From assembly GCF_000142905.1 (NCBI RefSeq), contig NW_013657630.1, positions 85,589 to 149,588 on the forward strand: a stretch of 64,000 nt of DNA. The letters run 5' to 3'. Source of the stretch: Thecamonas trahens ATCC 50062. Its lineage: Eukaryota > Protista > Apusomonadida. Both the position numbers and the translations under genes were made by a program. Shown here in pieces: positions 53,901 to 64,000 of the stretch (within the stretch, counting starts at the first letter, position 1; each line of letters opens with the position of its first letter). Below the pieces are notes generated by a model that ran no database searches, was not told where the DNA came from, and saw only the letters and a list, made by a program, of their open reading frames with translations.

Positions 53901-54410
53901 CGGCAGCGGCTGCGCCAGGTCGGGCAAAGCGCGAATGCTGTTGTGCGAGAGGTCAAGGATTTTGAGGGTGTGCGACCACGAGGTCGAGAGCGAGCTTGAC
54001 GAGCGGGTCTGCAGAAAGCCGACCTGAGTCAGCCTGTTCGAGCCCATGAGCAGCTCGACGAGCGCCGGAAAGACAATCTCGAGCGTGCCAACCCCGACAG
54101 CGGCCAGCTTGTTGCGGGTTAGGTTAAGGTGAGTGAGCGCGGTATGGGCGGCAAAGTCGGCGGGCGGTGGGAGGACCATGGCTACATCGTTGTGCTGTAG
54201 ATCCAGCGAGACGAGCGACGAGGCGGCCGCCACAAGCTCCCACGGAAAGACGCCCAGCCTGTTCCGCGCCACGTTTGCCGACGTCAGGCTTGCGGTCAGA
54301 TTAGACTTGCGCACCGCCTTGCGCGGCAGCGTTTCCAGATTGAGCGCCGCGAGATCCAGATGCAGCGTTTCGGCCGCCCGAGACAGCGCGTCCGAGTGTG
54401 AGTTTCCCAT
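50919..54410 (-). CDS. LRR + PP2C protein phosphatase (PHLPP/Cyr1-like architecture), possible N-myristoylation
   Basis: Two LRR blocks; GDRPYMED, GVFDGHGG, NVGDSRAV, LARSLGD, MGSDGVWDV, STDNIT; MGNSHS start. Confidence 0.9.
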   Translation of the reverse strand: MGNSHSDALSRAAETLHLDLAALNLETLPRKAVRKSNLTASLTSANVARNRLGVFPWELVAAASSLVSLDLQHNDVAMVLPPPADFAAHTALTHLNLTRNKLAAVGVGTLEIVFPALVELLMGSNRLTQVGFLQTRSSSSLSTSWSHTLKILDLSHNSIRALPDLAQPLPELQVLNLGHNHLEVLPGGWIGTMRSLHTLRLEANEIVAVPDDLEAVGGSLAVLVLSRNRLTEFDVDLGVFATLLELRLDLNFLDQPPRTLGAAPLLTVVTLAGNPLKGGVASLAKEDPTDGRSRTPRKHRPSDSPPTNGPHASSGSSPFAHSASARNLSLSTTSSALQGLTPTAASPNEVDFAPAGSSKHGSRNPGTASSGRQRASSISARTGGFTDEPDSPPIAATSHTTTKSAYTYTGLSRKTSMPNLNAAGKVARSSHPNRRPRRRRRRANKALPFTQLSMARCGLERLELSGLPRLSHWAALRVLDLTRNALTTLPSQLHHLHTLEYLNVSHNALTALPACLGSLPSLTAVIASFNNLNDAGLPIELFCSDTLERLSLDYNRLTALPDAPASAHDLPELPNLITLAISGNALTTLPAWAAGGLPELKVFRASSNSLDAIPRPLYDCLSLEVLELSNNAITKIDGSLTRLHMLRELNLSGNPLRILPDALAEIKRVQHVAARFCPHLSVIHPRVATMLRGSTVSLCVDGCPRLELSRRMSVGELPAWRAAFLSHSHAVVLPPPEDGSPSARGVCSDVGIADMVGDRPYMEDVCHIELLEVPERGSVYSYLGVFDGHGGRLTAVWLGSNFHRILAARLREAAVSEEEAMRLAFGDAVEALSDMRDGAAAVVALWASDRIILGNVGDSRAVAVLSDDTPDYAASSFKESYGTLDKFHRPTHASRMVRDPRVVRLSIDHNVGKLPYDEYDRIRAAGGFVTPDGYVNDSINLARSLGDSLNVSTICTEPHVVSVPSLHVEALIMGSDGVWDVIDDVSAAAVVRAPSAALKSALELALELRDKAYRANSTDNITALVALSRPLVLESDESCSESGELDELAAAAAAESDVARSPTAPLAIPPRRRMRRRRRPRPDESHSDDDESSSRSTEGMMTPRSLRVPRPDPTLSPMTPSSPLPAHIRTALADLDTTITSGHFTSDFHTDTTETTDDDWSSS

Positions 54411-55723
54411 GTTGGCGCGAGAGTATGAACGTGATCACGATCGCAGTGTAATCAGCGGTGCGTAATGACGACAGTTGGAGTGTCCGCCTCACAAAGGGAG
54501 AAACCACCAGAGATGGTACGAGTGCGGAGTGGCAGCAATTGATGGACAGTGTCGATCAGAGCAGGAGCGGGACCAGTCGAGTCGAAGGGGAGCGAGAGCA
54601 AGAGCGAGAGAAAGCGATGGTGCAAGGTGGGTGCGGCGACGACAGATAGTGATGGCGATAACGGCAGCAGCCGAGAATGCGGGTGCGAGCGAGCACGCGC
54701 GCGAGAGAAAGAGAGAGAGAGAGGTAGAGCGAGTGGAGGAGGCACGCAGGTATCAGCTTTGAGCAGATTAGAGGTGACAGCCTAAGATAGCGCAGCAATG
54801 ACCACAACCGATACACAGATATGTGCAAAGAAGGACAGTTGCGGGGGGGCGGCGGGCGGGCGGTATGAGGTCAGTCTGTGTAGACAGGGGGGAGGGGGGC
54901 GTGCGCGTAACGGGGAGTGGTGGTGGAGTGACAACAAGTGAGCCGTGAACANNNNNNNNNNNNNNNNNNNNNNNNNNNNNNNNNNNNNNNNNNNNNNNNN
55001 NNNNNNNNNNNNNNNNNNNNNNNNNNNNNNNNNNNNNNNNNNNNNNNNNNNNNNNNNNNNNNNNNNNNNNNNNNNNNNNNNNNNNNNNNNNNNNNNNNNN
55101 NNNNNNNNNNNNNNNNNNNNNNNNNNNNNNNNNNNNNNNNNNNNNNNNNNNNNNNNNNNNNNNNNNNNNNNNNNNNNNNNNNNNNNNNNNNNNNNNNNNN
55201 NNNNNNNNNNNNNNNNNNNNNNNNNNNNNNNNNNNNNNNNNNNNNNNNNNNNNNNNNNNNNNNNNNNNNNNNNNNNNNNNNNNNNNNNNNNNNNNNNNNN
55301 NNNNNNNNNNNNNNNNNNNNNNNNNNNNNNNNNNNNNNNNNNNNNNNNNNNNNNNNNNNNNNNNNNNNNNNNNNNNNNNNNNNNNNNNNNNNNNNNNNNN
55401 NNNNNNNNNNNNNNNNNNNNNNNNNNNNNNNTCCCCCTCCCCCCCTGGCACAATCAGTGCACACGCCCTGCCGATCCCAGCCCCTCTCCACTTGATCACC
55501 ACTTATACCACCCTCCCCACCCACCCATACCCTCTCCTGATTCTACTTCCCTGCCCATCCCCACTCCCTCCCGCTTCCCCCTTCCCTCTCTCTCGCATAT
55601 GATCAGTACCCCCCGCCCCCCCAAACCACCGGCCACCAACCGGTTCCCCCCCACCAACCACCAACCACCAACCGCCACACCACACCACACCACACCCCAC
55701 TCACACACACGGCCCGCCGCAGC

Positions 55724-58491
55724 ATGCCTCTGGACGCAAAGCTGTCCGAAGACTTTATCCGCTGGGTTCAACTGCGGTTGGCTTCGGTGGCCAATGCCTC
55801 AATTGCAACTGGTGGTGCTGGTGCTGGTGCTGGTGCTGGTGCTGGTGCTGGTGCTGGTGCTGGTGGTGGTGGTGGCCGTGTCTCTCCTGATGATGGTGGC
55901 TCTTCGAATGGTGCGGTGACGGAACAAGGACATGCTCTGGCTGTTATTCTCATTCATGCTCTTGGTATCTTTGGTCCCACACTCTCTGTTGGTCTTCGTG
56001 CTCTGCACTCGCGATTGGCTCCGCCTGAGCAACAGCAGCTGGTATCTCTCTTGACTGACATCACTGCCTTGCCTGCCACTGATCTGCTGTCAAGGGCTGC
56101 TACTGCTTCCGCTCACTCGGCTAGCTACACCGCTGTCCTGCATGGCCTGGCAGATGCTGCTTCCGTGGGAATGGATGTCGAGGTGGAGCTCTCCTCGCGT
56201 CCTAGTGGAGGCGGCTCGCCAGCATCAACGCCCGTCCCGCTGGTCTCAGTCTCGGGCATCTCGGACATCGACGCTGACAGCTCCATGGGCATGTCCCGGA
56301 TGCTTTCCACCGTCTCACGGGGCTCGGTTCGCTCCGCTACCTCGTCCGTCCGTCGGACCCACGGTCGGAGCCGCAAGTCCGCCCGCAGCAAGACCCCGGC
56401 GAGCACGGGCCGCTGGCCGTCGACGAGTGGGCCGACCCGGCCCTGCGCGAGCGGCTGCTGTCGGCCTCCATCGAAGCTTTGCTGGAGCACTCTGATGCCC
56501 AACACGCAGTCGAGGCTGTCATGGCGCATCGCGAGGTGGGTGAGGACACCAAGTCGCGGGTCCTCGGCAAGCACTGGGCACTCTCGTCGTCATCGGACGT
56601 CGAGACCGGGCTCGCCCTCTCAGCCCGGGTCCGCGAGCTCGCCTACCTCGTGGCGCTGGTCGACCGGGCGTCGACGCGGCAGTCGCGGTCGCCGCGCAAG
56701 GGGAGCGCCAAGCCGCTCGACCGGCGGTTTGCACGGCGGCGGTCGAGCGTCGCCCCCTCGGCACCATCGGCCACGGTCGTCGAGCATGTCGGTGGCGAGG
56801 TGCGGGCGCAGGTGTGGAAGACGCTGGCGTCGCTGCAAGAGATTCCGACGACCGAGCGACTCCGCGAGACCAACATGGTGGTCAACGCTGTCGAGGGCCT
56901 GCTCACCGCACCCCTGGTGGCTCGCAAGAAGGAGCGCGCCCGCTCGCCGGACGCTCGCAAGCGTGAGCGCCGTGAGCGTGCCCGCGCTCTCATGCGCGAC
57001 CCTACCGGCGCTGGATCCTCGGTCCTCTCCTCGCTCCGCCGCGGAAGCGTGACCGGCGCCACCGGCTCGCGCCGCGGCTCGGTCCACTACTCGTCGGCCA
57101 CCGTCGACGACGACACCTTTGAGGACGCGCTGCGGATCCAGGTCTCGCTCGAGCTCACCCGCATGCGGCTGGGCCTGTTGGAGCCGGTCGTCTTTGACCT
57201 GATGTTCTTCCTCTCCAAGCTCGACCTCTCATACAACTCCATCTCGCACCTCCCGCCCACCATCGCCCGCATCGCCAACCTCCGCGAGTTCAACATCTCA
57301 CACAACACGCTTGCTGACCTCCCTCGTGAGCTCGGCCTGTGCAAGCAGCTTGAAGTCCTCGACCTCTCAGGCAACGTCATCGAGGAGCTGCCGGCGTCGC
57401 TAGGCAAGCTGCCGCTGCTGCGGACGCTCCGCGCCTGTGGCAACAAGCTCACCACGCTCCCGGCCTCGTTTGTACGCCTCGACCTCCAAGAGCTCGACCT
57501 CTCGCACTGCTGCTTTGCCGAGCTGCCTGCCGAACTGGCGGTCCTCACCTCGCTCAAGAGTCTCATGCTGTATGGCAACCCGCTGGTCTCGCTCCAGGCT
57601 ATTACCCTCATCGACTCGGGTGACCGCTTTGGCGTGCTCGAGTACGTGCTGGCGCGCGCGACCCAGCGCGCACTGTATCTGGTCGGTGCCGCCGTCTCGC
57701 CCATCCACCCGGACCCGCAGTTTGTCAAGACCGGCAAGGTGAGCCGTCTCTTGTCGGCCCAGAGTCTCCTCGAAGTGCCGTCGGTCTCGACGGCGGCCTC
57801 GTCAAGCGACGGCTCGTCTTGCTCAGACTCCCACTCGAGCTCCTCGGCGAGCTCGACCGGCGCCTCCAACTTTGCTGCTCTCCACCTCGCCTCGCTCGGC
57901 CATCACATCCCGAAGTCGCCGTCACTCACCCGCGAGCACTCGGCGCTCATTGTCGAGGCCGACGCTTTGGCCAAAGAGGCCGACACCCACCTTGCCGCCC
58001 TTCTTGACAAGCTCGACACTTCGCTCACCTCCGCTGCCGTCCTCAACTCGTTTGATGACGAGCTGAGCGCCCTCGAGGCCTACTTTCCCGACTACGTGGC
58101 CCACGTCCGCGCCAACGGCTTTGCCGAGCTGCACGAGCGGTGCGAGGAGGTCAATGAGCTCCGTGCTGATCTCCATGACCTGTACGACCACATCTGCCTC
58201 GAGCGCGAGCACATTATCACTCTCCGCGACGAGCACACCACCATCTCCCATGTCCGCGCCGATCTCGAGCGCGAACTCAGCGCTGCCGTCGAGTGCGAAG
58301 CCTGGCTCCTGGACCGCATCTCTCACGCCCGTCGCGAGCAGGACCGCATGCTCATCCAGATCGAAAAGCTCCAGTCGCGCATCGATGGTCGTGACTACAC
58401 CCGCATGCGTGACACTGCCGACGCACAGAAGCGTGCGGCTAGGTCCGATGCCCATGGCCCGGCCGTCCCGCTCATGTGGTGGCAGCACTGA
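55724..58491 (+). CDS. LRR and coiled-coil protein with 1-nt frameshift at ~56392
   Basis: ORFs 55724 and 56479 join as RKSARSK-DPGEHGPLAVDEW with one added base; LDLSYNSI..LP-type LRRs; C-terminal coiled coil. Confidence 0.75.
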
Positions 58492-58759
58492 GAGCAATGA
58501 AACACACTCCAAGTCCTTGCACGCAACATCATCAGAGGGGTGGGATGGCTTTACTCAGCGACAGCAGGGCGTGGGGTGGGCACGCATGGTCCATGGCCCG
58601 AGACGCATCCAGCGCGATGCGCCGCAGGTGGAGCGGGCGGGAGGAAAGAGGCATGCACTTGCAGAGTCCGCAACGAGCAAGACGATGCGGGGAGAGAGGG
58701 GGGGATGGGGGGGAGAGAAGGTCGATTGAGCACAGAGGACAGATGCTGCAGGCTGGCGA

Positions 58760-59489
58760 CTACTGGGCCGACTCTGCGCCGACGACAATGGTGGAGAGCG
58801 GATCGACGAGGTAGTCGACCATGACATCGCCCTTTGCCTTGAGAACGCCAACATCGACGTCGTTCTTGCAATAGAGGCAGAGAAGAAGATCGGGATTGAT
58901 GCGAGCAGTAAGGACGTAACCCTCCAGACACTGAGTGATGAGCATACCCAACGCATCCTGCCTCGGCCCATTGTTCTCGTACGCCTCCCAGATGTTGGCC
59001 GCAATGGCCGCCACCAGCTTGGACTCCCTCGGGCTCCCTGCCGATGCCAACAACGACCCATCATTCGTAAACACCCTACACTCATTCCTCCACACACATG
59101 AGTATCCCCCTCCCTAGCCATAACCTCCCCCTTCTCCCCTGTCACCATACCCCCTCCCCCCCCCCCCTCTCCTCCCCGTGTCGCCATGTCGCCATGTCGC
59201 CATGTCGCCATGTCGCCATGTCGCCGTCTTGCCCCATCTCGTGACACGACCCCCTCCCCCTTCCCCCTTCNNNNNNNNNNNNNNNNNNNNNNNNNNNNNN
59301 NNNNNNNNNNNNNNNNNNNNNNNNNNNNNNNNNNNNNNNNNNNNNNNNNNNNNNNNNNNNNNNNNNNNNNNNNNNNCCCCCCCCCACACACACATACATG
59401 GATGCCACAATGCCGGTAAACTCGGAGACCTGCGAACGGGCCTGGGCAAGAACCTTGGACAGAGTGGACGCCTTCAGCATGTTGGACAT
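58760..59489 (-). CDS. LAMTOR2: Ragulator subunit LAMTOR2 (roadblock fold); exons 59489-59398 and 59075-58760
   Basis: ML....L.KVL.QA, NDGSLLA, AAIAANIWEAYE, LLLCLY, GVLKAK..MV.YL.DPL. Confidence 0.93.
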
Positions 59490-59819
59490 GGTGCTAGAGG
59501 TGGTACGTCGAGTGGTGACGGTGGCGGTGGTGGTCACACTGCTCCAGCTGGTGGTTGGTTGTCTTGTCAGCCTTGGCCGAGGCGATTGCGATCATCACAC
59601 ACACACACACATGCACACGCACACACATACACACACACATCACACACACACACACACACACATACACACATACATACACATCACACATCACACACATCAT
59701 TCCTTCCATCGCTCTAATATCCCACCAACTTTATCTTCATCTGGTGATGTCGAAGAGAGCCAGGACAGCAGACCAAGCCGGCAATCAGGCTCATCAAGCC
59801 CCAACCAAGACAACCTCGA

Positions 59820-60013
59820 TTCCTACCACCACCACCACCTTCATCATCACCACCATCATCATCATCACCACCATCATCATCATCACCACCACCTTCATCA
59901 TCACCACCACCATCATCATCACCACCACAGTCGTCATCACCACCACCATCATCATCACCACCACAGTCATCATCACCACCATCATCATCACCACCACCAT
60001 CATCATCATCACC
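59820..60013. repeat. (CAC/CAT)n microsatellite, preceded by a (CA)n tract at ~59595-59700
   Basis: Direct inspection; divergent LAMTOR2/ZnT9 intergenic region. Confidence 0.9.
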
Positions 60014-60226
60014 ACTCCTCGTCTCTTCCATCAACATCCATTCCCCTCCACTAATGCCATGCCCATGATAGCTGTAACTGTCATCGGCTTGATAGCCATC
60101 ACCAAACCCCTCCTCCCACACAGTCGGCCAGTCGCTCGTCATTCCGCCACTCTGTTGTTGGCTGGGTTTGGGCGTTGGCAGTTGGCAGTCCCTCTGCTCC
60201 ACTCTCTCCACTATCTCACACAGGTC

Positions 60227-62023
60227 ATGTTACGTATCATCGGACAACATGGGAGGATACTCCTTGGAACAAAGACCCTGTCCATGGGAAGTGTGCTGCT
60301 CTGGAAGAGACTGGCTGCCGCTACTCGGTCGTCCACGCCGTCTCGCCTGTCGCCCTTGCCTACCTCCTCGCGGCCTCTCTCGAGCACCCATCAACGGCGG
60401 GATGGGGGACATGATGGAGATGGCCGACGGGATGGCCGACGAGATGGCCGGCAGGAAGGGCAAGCAGATGGGCTTTCAAGAGCAAGTAGACAAGGTCGGC
60501 ATGCCTATCCATGTCGTGCTGATCATGTCGCCGCTAGCGGCCAGAGCCATCAGGTTGCATCGGTTCAGACGGCGGTGAGTGGATCACCTGGACAACGGCA
60601 GACGGCGGCGATGGACGAAGTGGTGGCGCTGCTGGCAGACGATGCCGAGGGCGATCTGGTCACACCGCCCTTTGGATCAGAGGATGCGCCGTTCCGTATG
60701 GTGGCAGAGCGTGACGTCAAGCGGCTGTATCTCCTGGCTGACGGGAAGCTCGACAAGTTGCCAGTGGCTCAGTCCAAGCCAGCACCCAACGTCGATTTGG
60801 CCTCGAGCTTGGCAGACGACCACATGCGGTTGTATGCCTTGGCTGATGTGGAGGCTCTGGCTCTCTCTGTCCATGGATCCGAGGAGGAGCTCGTCCGCAA
60901 GCGCAAGTCGCTGTGGGAGCTGGCTGCCAAGGCGAGTAAGACCGTGGGGCGGACGGCGCGGGCACGGCGCGTGAGCCAGAAAAGCGGGAGCAGCGGCAGC
61001 TCAGGTGGCGACGCCGGCTGGGTGCCTGGGACCAAGGCCGTGTACACCGCCATTGCCACCAACTCGATCATCTGCGTCTCCAAGGCTGTCGCCTTTGCCT
61101 TCTCCGGATCGGGCGCGCTCCTTGCCGAGACCCTACACTCGGCCGCAGACGTGGGCAACCAATCACTGCTTGCGGTGGGCATTGCCAAGTCGACTCGCGA
61201 GTCGGACGAGGTTCATCCATACGGCTACGGCTCGGAGCGCTACGTCTGGTCGCTCATCTCGGGCGTCGGCGTATTTTTCCTCGGCTGCGGCGCCTCCGTC
61301 TACCACGGCATTCACTCGCTTTTGCACCCGCAGCCGGTCGAGGCGCAAACAATGGCGTTGGCTGTCCTCGGTCTCTCGTTTGCTCTCGAGGCATACTCGT
61401 CGGCTGTCGCCGTCGCCGAGATCAGGAAGGAGGCCGCCAAGGTCAACGTCTCGTTCCTCGAGTACGTGACCAACGGCTCGGACCCGATGAACACCGCGGT
61501 GCTGCTCGAGGACGGCGCAGCCCTGGTCGGCGTCGGCATTGCTGCCGGCGCCATCGGCCTCACCGCCGTCACCGGCAACCCCATGTACGATGCGCTCGGC
61601 TCGATCGCCATCGGCGGTCTGCTCGGCGGCGTCGCCACCTTTCTTATTGCCAAGAACAGAGCCGCGTTGCTCGGCAAGTCGATCTCGCCCGACAAGCTTC
61701 GCACCGTCCGCCGCCTCCTCGAGTCGGACCCCATGGTGGCCTCGGTCCACGGCGTCCGCGCCGTCTCGCTCGGCGCCGACAACGCCCGCCTCGCTGCCGA
61801 CATCAACTTTGACGCCGCCGCCCTCGCCCGCGCCGCCTGGCCAGACTTGGACGCCTCGTACACTGAAATCACCTCGCTCCGCTCGATTGAGGAGGTCCAC
61901 GCTTGGCAAAAAGCCGCCTCGCTCCTCCTCATCGAGCGCATCGGCGCCGAAGTTGACCGTCTGGAGCAGGTCGTCCACACCGCCGTCCCGGAGATCCGCT
62001 ACATCACGCTCGAGGTATTGTAG
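60227..62023 (+). CDS. SLC30A9: Mitochondrial CDF zinc transporter ZnT9
   Basis: Arg/Ser-rich presequence; AETLHSAADVGNQ, HPYGYGSERYVWSLISGVG, VLLEDGAAL, IGAEVDRLE. Confidence 0.88.
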   Translation: MLRIIGQHGRILLGTKTLSMGSVLLWKRLAAATRSSTPSRLSPLPTSSRPLSSTHQRRDGGHDGDGRRDGRRDGRQEGQADGLSRASRQGRHAYPCRADHVAASGQSHQVASVQTAVSGSPGQRQTAAMDEVVALLADDAEGDLVTPPFGSEDAPFRMVAERDVKRLYLLADGKLDKLPVAQSKPAPNVDLASSLADDHMRLYALADVEALALSVHGSEEELVRKRKSLWELAAKASKTVGRTARARRVSQKSGSSGSSGGDAGWVPGTKAVYTAIATNSIICVSKAVAFAFSGSGALLAETLHSAADVGNQSLLAVGIAKSTRESDEVHPYGYGSERYVWSLISGVGVFFLGCGASVYHGIHSLLHPQPVEAQTMALAVLGLSFALEAYSSAVAVAEIRKEAAKVNVSFLEYVTNGSDPMNTAVLLEDGAALVGVGIAAGAIGLTAVTGNPMYDALGSIAIGGLLGGVATFLIAKNRAALLGKSISPDKLRTVRRLLESDPMVASVHGVRAVSLGADNARLAADINFDAAALARAAWPDLDASYTEITSLRSIEEVHAWQKAASLLLIERIGAEVDRLEQVVHTAVPEIRYITLEVL

Positions 62024-62082
62024 TCGTGGCCAGCCGTCATCTTCATTCGTTCCACCAGCCGAGGCTCTCTACCTTGCCGTAG

Positions 62083-63913
62083 CTAGCCGACAAGGAACTG
62101 GTTCCGCCGGAATGCGGAGAGGATAAACTTGTTGAGCGACTGCACAAGAATGCGGCCGTACTTGTTCTTCTCAATCCGCGAGAGCAGCTCAACGGCGAGG
62201 GCGCGGACCTCCTCCGAGGCGTGGAAGAGGCCGGTGCCAAGCGGCGCAAGCCCGTCACGGTCCTCGGGGAAGAACTGCAGAAACTCGGTGATCTGGGCGT
62301 CCGACACCACCGAGCCGATAAACTCCTGGAAGACCCGCAGCATTTCGTCGTCGTCGAGTCGCTGGACCCGAAGCTTGGCCACCGAGAGCTCGACGTCTGC
62401 GCCCTGCAGCGCCGACTCGGCCGCAGCCTCGTTGGAGAGTGACACGTAGTGCTTGAATGTCGCTGTCCGCTTGAGCTTGTCCGTTCGCTTGCGGTTACAG
62501 TCAAGCGTCCGCGACTTGAGCGAGGTGTTGGGAAACTCGACCCGCGCGCGCGCAAGGTCGATGTTGAACTGGGTGTACTCCTGGAAGAGGCCCAGGATCT
62601 TGGAAGCCCCGTAGTGGTTCTCGACCGCAAACATGACTTCAGCAAAGAGCTCCGTGTCCTGCGACGCATGGTTCGACGGGTTCTCCTTCCGCTCCAACTG
62701 CATCCGTTGCGAGAGTACAACCTTGCCCGTCTCCAGATCGCACAGCACGTCCCACCAGTCCTCGCGCTGCTGGAAAATGAGGTTCGTCGTGCCGGCGCAG
62801 AACGACGAGAGCTGCAGAAAGTCGAGGTTGACCAGATTGGTGTACGGGAACGTCCGCTTGATGACCGCCGGCAGCGGTGGTGACACCATCGACATGGCGC
62901 CCAGCACCGCGTCGCACACCTCGCCCGCAGGGTGCCCGTACCCAAGGAAAATGACTCTCCGCTCCAGCAGCAGCGCATTGTAGATCGTCATGATCTCCTC
63001 GCCAAACTTGTGGATGAGCGGCACAATCGACTGCTCAGACACCTCGTCAGGCAGCATGATGAGCGGGACCTTGACAGGAATCTTGGCCGGTCCGTACTTG
63101 ACATGCGACGAGTAGACGAGCGGCACTCCAAAGTCCGACGTCGACGCCCGGAGCAACTTCTTCTCCGCCAGCGAGTACTGTGGGAGCGACCGAAGATCCA
63201 TCGAGTTGATGGCGTTGAACAGGTCCTCGATCACGGCAACCTCGGGCGTCACAAAGTACTGCTCCAGCGCGAGGATGAGCAGCGGCTTGAACACATGCAT
63301 GTACTGGTGCTTGGAGCAGATCGCCATCGCCTTCACCTTGGCCCCGCGAGTCCACTCGGCGTTCTTCTGCGTCCGCACAAGATTCATGCAATACAGGAAT
63401 GGCGGCTTCGAGTCCTCCGCTCCCTCCACCTCATCGTCCACGTCTGGTGTGTCCTGCTCCACTACAGCCTTGTCCGTCGTCGCAAGCAGCTCGCAGTGCT
63501 CCAGAAAGATGAGGTCGTCCTCCGGCGACGCAAACCGGAACGCCACTGCTGCCTCTGACGTCATTGCCACAGAAAACGTCGGCTCCAGCTGCCGGTATTC
63601 GATCGCTTCGTCGCACGAGAGCACAAGCAGCTCCTCGCGGTTCCGCTGGCACACAATAATCTCCGTCGGCAGGAGCACAAGCAGCTTCATGTCATCGTCC
63701 AGCTGCTGCCACTCATCCATCTCCGGATTGAACTGATACGTCCATGCCTCGAGCACAACTTGCCGCTCCGCAGCCTCGTCAGCCCTGCTCTCGGACGCCG
63801 CCGCCGCGCTTGATCCCAGCACCTGCTCATTCTCGTCACGATTGATGAAGAACACCGTCCAGTCCTCCTCCCGATTGTGCGCTCCGTCTGGCAGCATGAG
63901 CTCGGCCAGGCAC
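62083..63913 (-). CDS. AFI1/MesA-like DENN-related polarity protein (5' exon lies beyond the window)
   Basis: LAELMLPDGAHNREEDWTVFF, NLVRT..RGAKVKAMAICS, FKPLLILALEQYF, NALLLERRVIFLG, RTFPY, WWDVLCD. Confidence 0.85.
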
Positions 63914-64000
63914 CTACACACTCCCGCGGTTGCACACACGTAGCCCAACAAGAACACATAGCCACATCCCCGTCCCCATACACAAGCCCGCCAGGTACAG

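Noticed and set aside
59398-60226. Poly-His or Ile/Thr-rich proteins and a long N-terminal extension of ZnT9
   Set aside because: Artefacts of (CA)n and (CAY)n microsatellites; a plausible presequence starts at ATG 60227

Overview
GC-rich, gene-dense eukaryotic scaffold with five N gaps (29128-29567, 30837-30966, 47207-47306, 54952-55431, 59271-59376). It comes from a flagellated protist: BBIP1, CFAP144/FAM183 and an FBF1/CEP164-like gene are present. The style suggests an apusomonad such as Thecamonas, but that is inference only. About 30 genes are present, mostly housekeeping (PPAT, ASF1, FKBP2, RPL7, Rab, syntaxin, TAG lipase, TFIIA-gamma, gamma-COP, LAMTOR2, ZnT9, CARMIL), and many carry one 5'-proximal GT-AG intron that the ORF track misses. 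There is one intact hAT DNA transposon (3337-6146, with TIRs and an 8-bp TSD). The most notable item is an intronless gene (39738-41540, minus) that fuses a eukaryotic PB1 domain to a bacterial/phage-type RelA/SpoT-like nucleotide pyrophosphokinase domain followed by a degenerate second copy. It is a candidate eukaryotic alarmone ((p)ppApp/(p)ppGpp) signalling or defence enzyme. Other items: a catalase-peroxidase with a PTS1-like SRM terminus, a tail-anchored double-CDGSH protein, a DUF4397-like surface protein, a multi-WxxV/I protein, and a long structured RPL7 intron with a U16/snR87-like guide. All family calls are from motif recognition; no searches were run.
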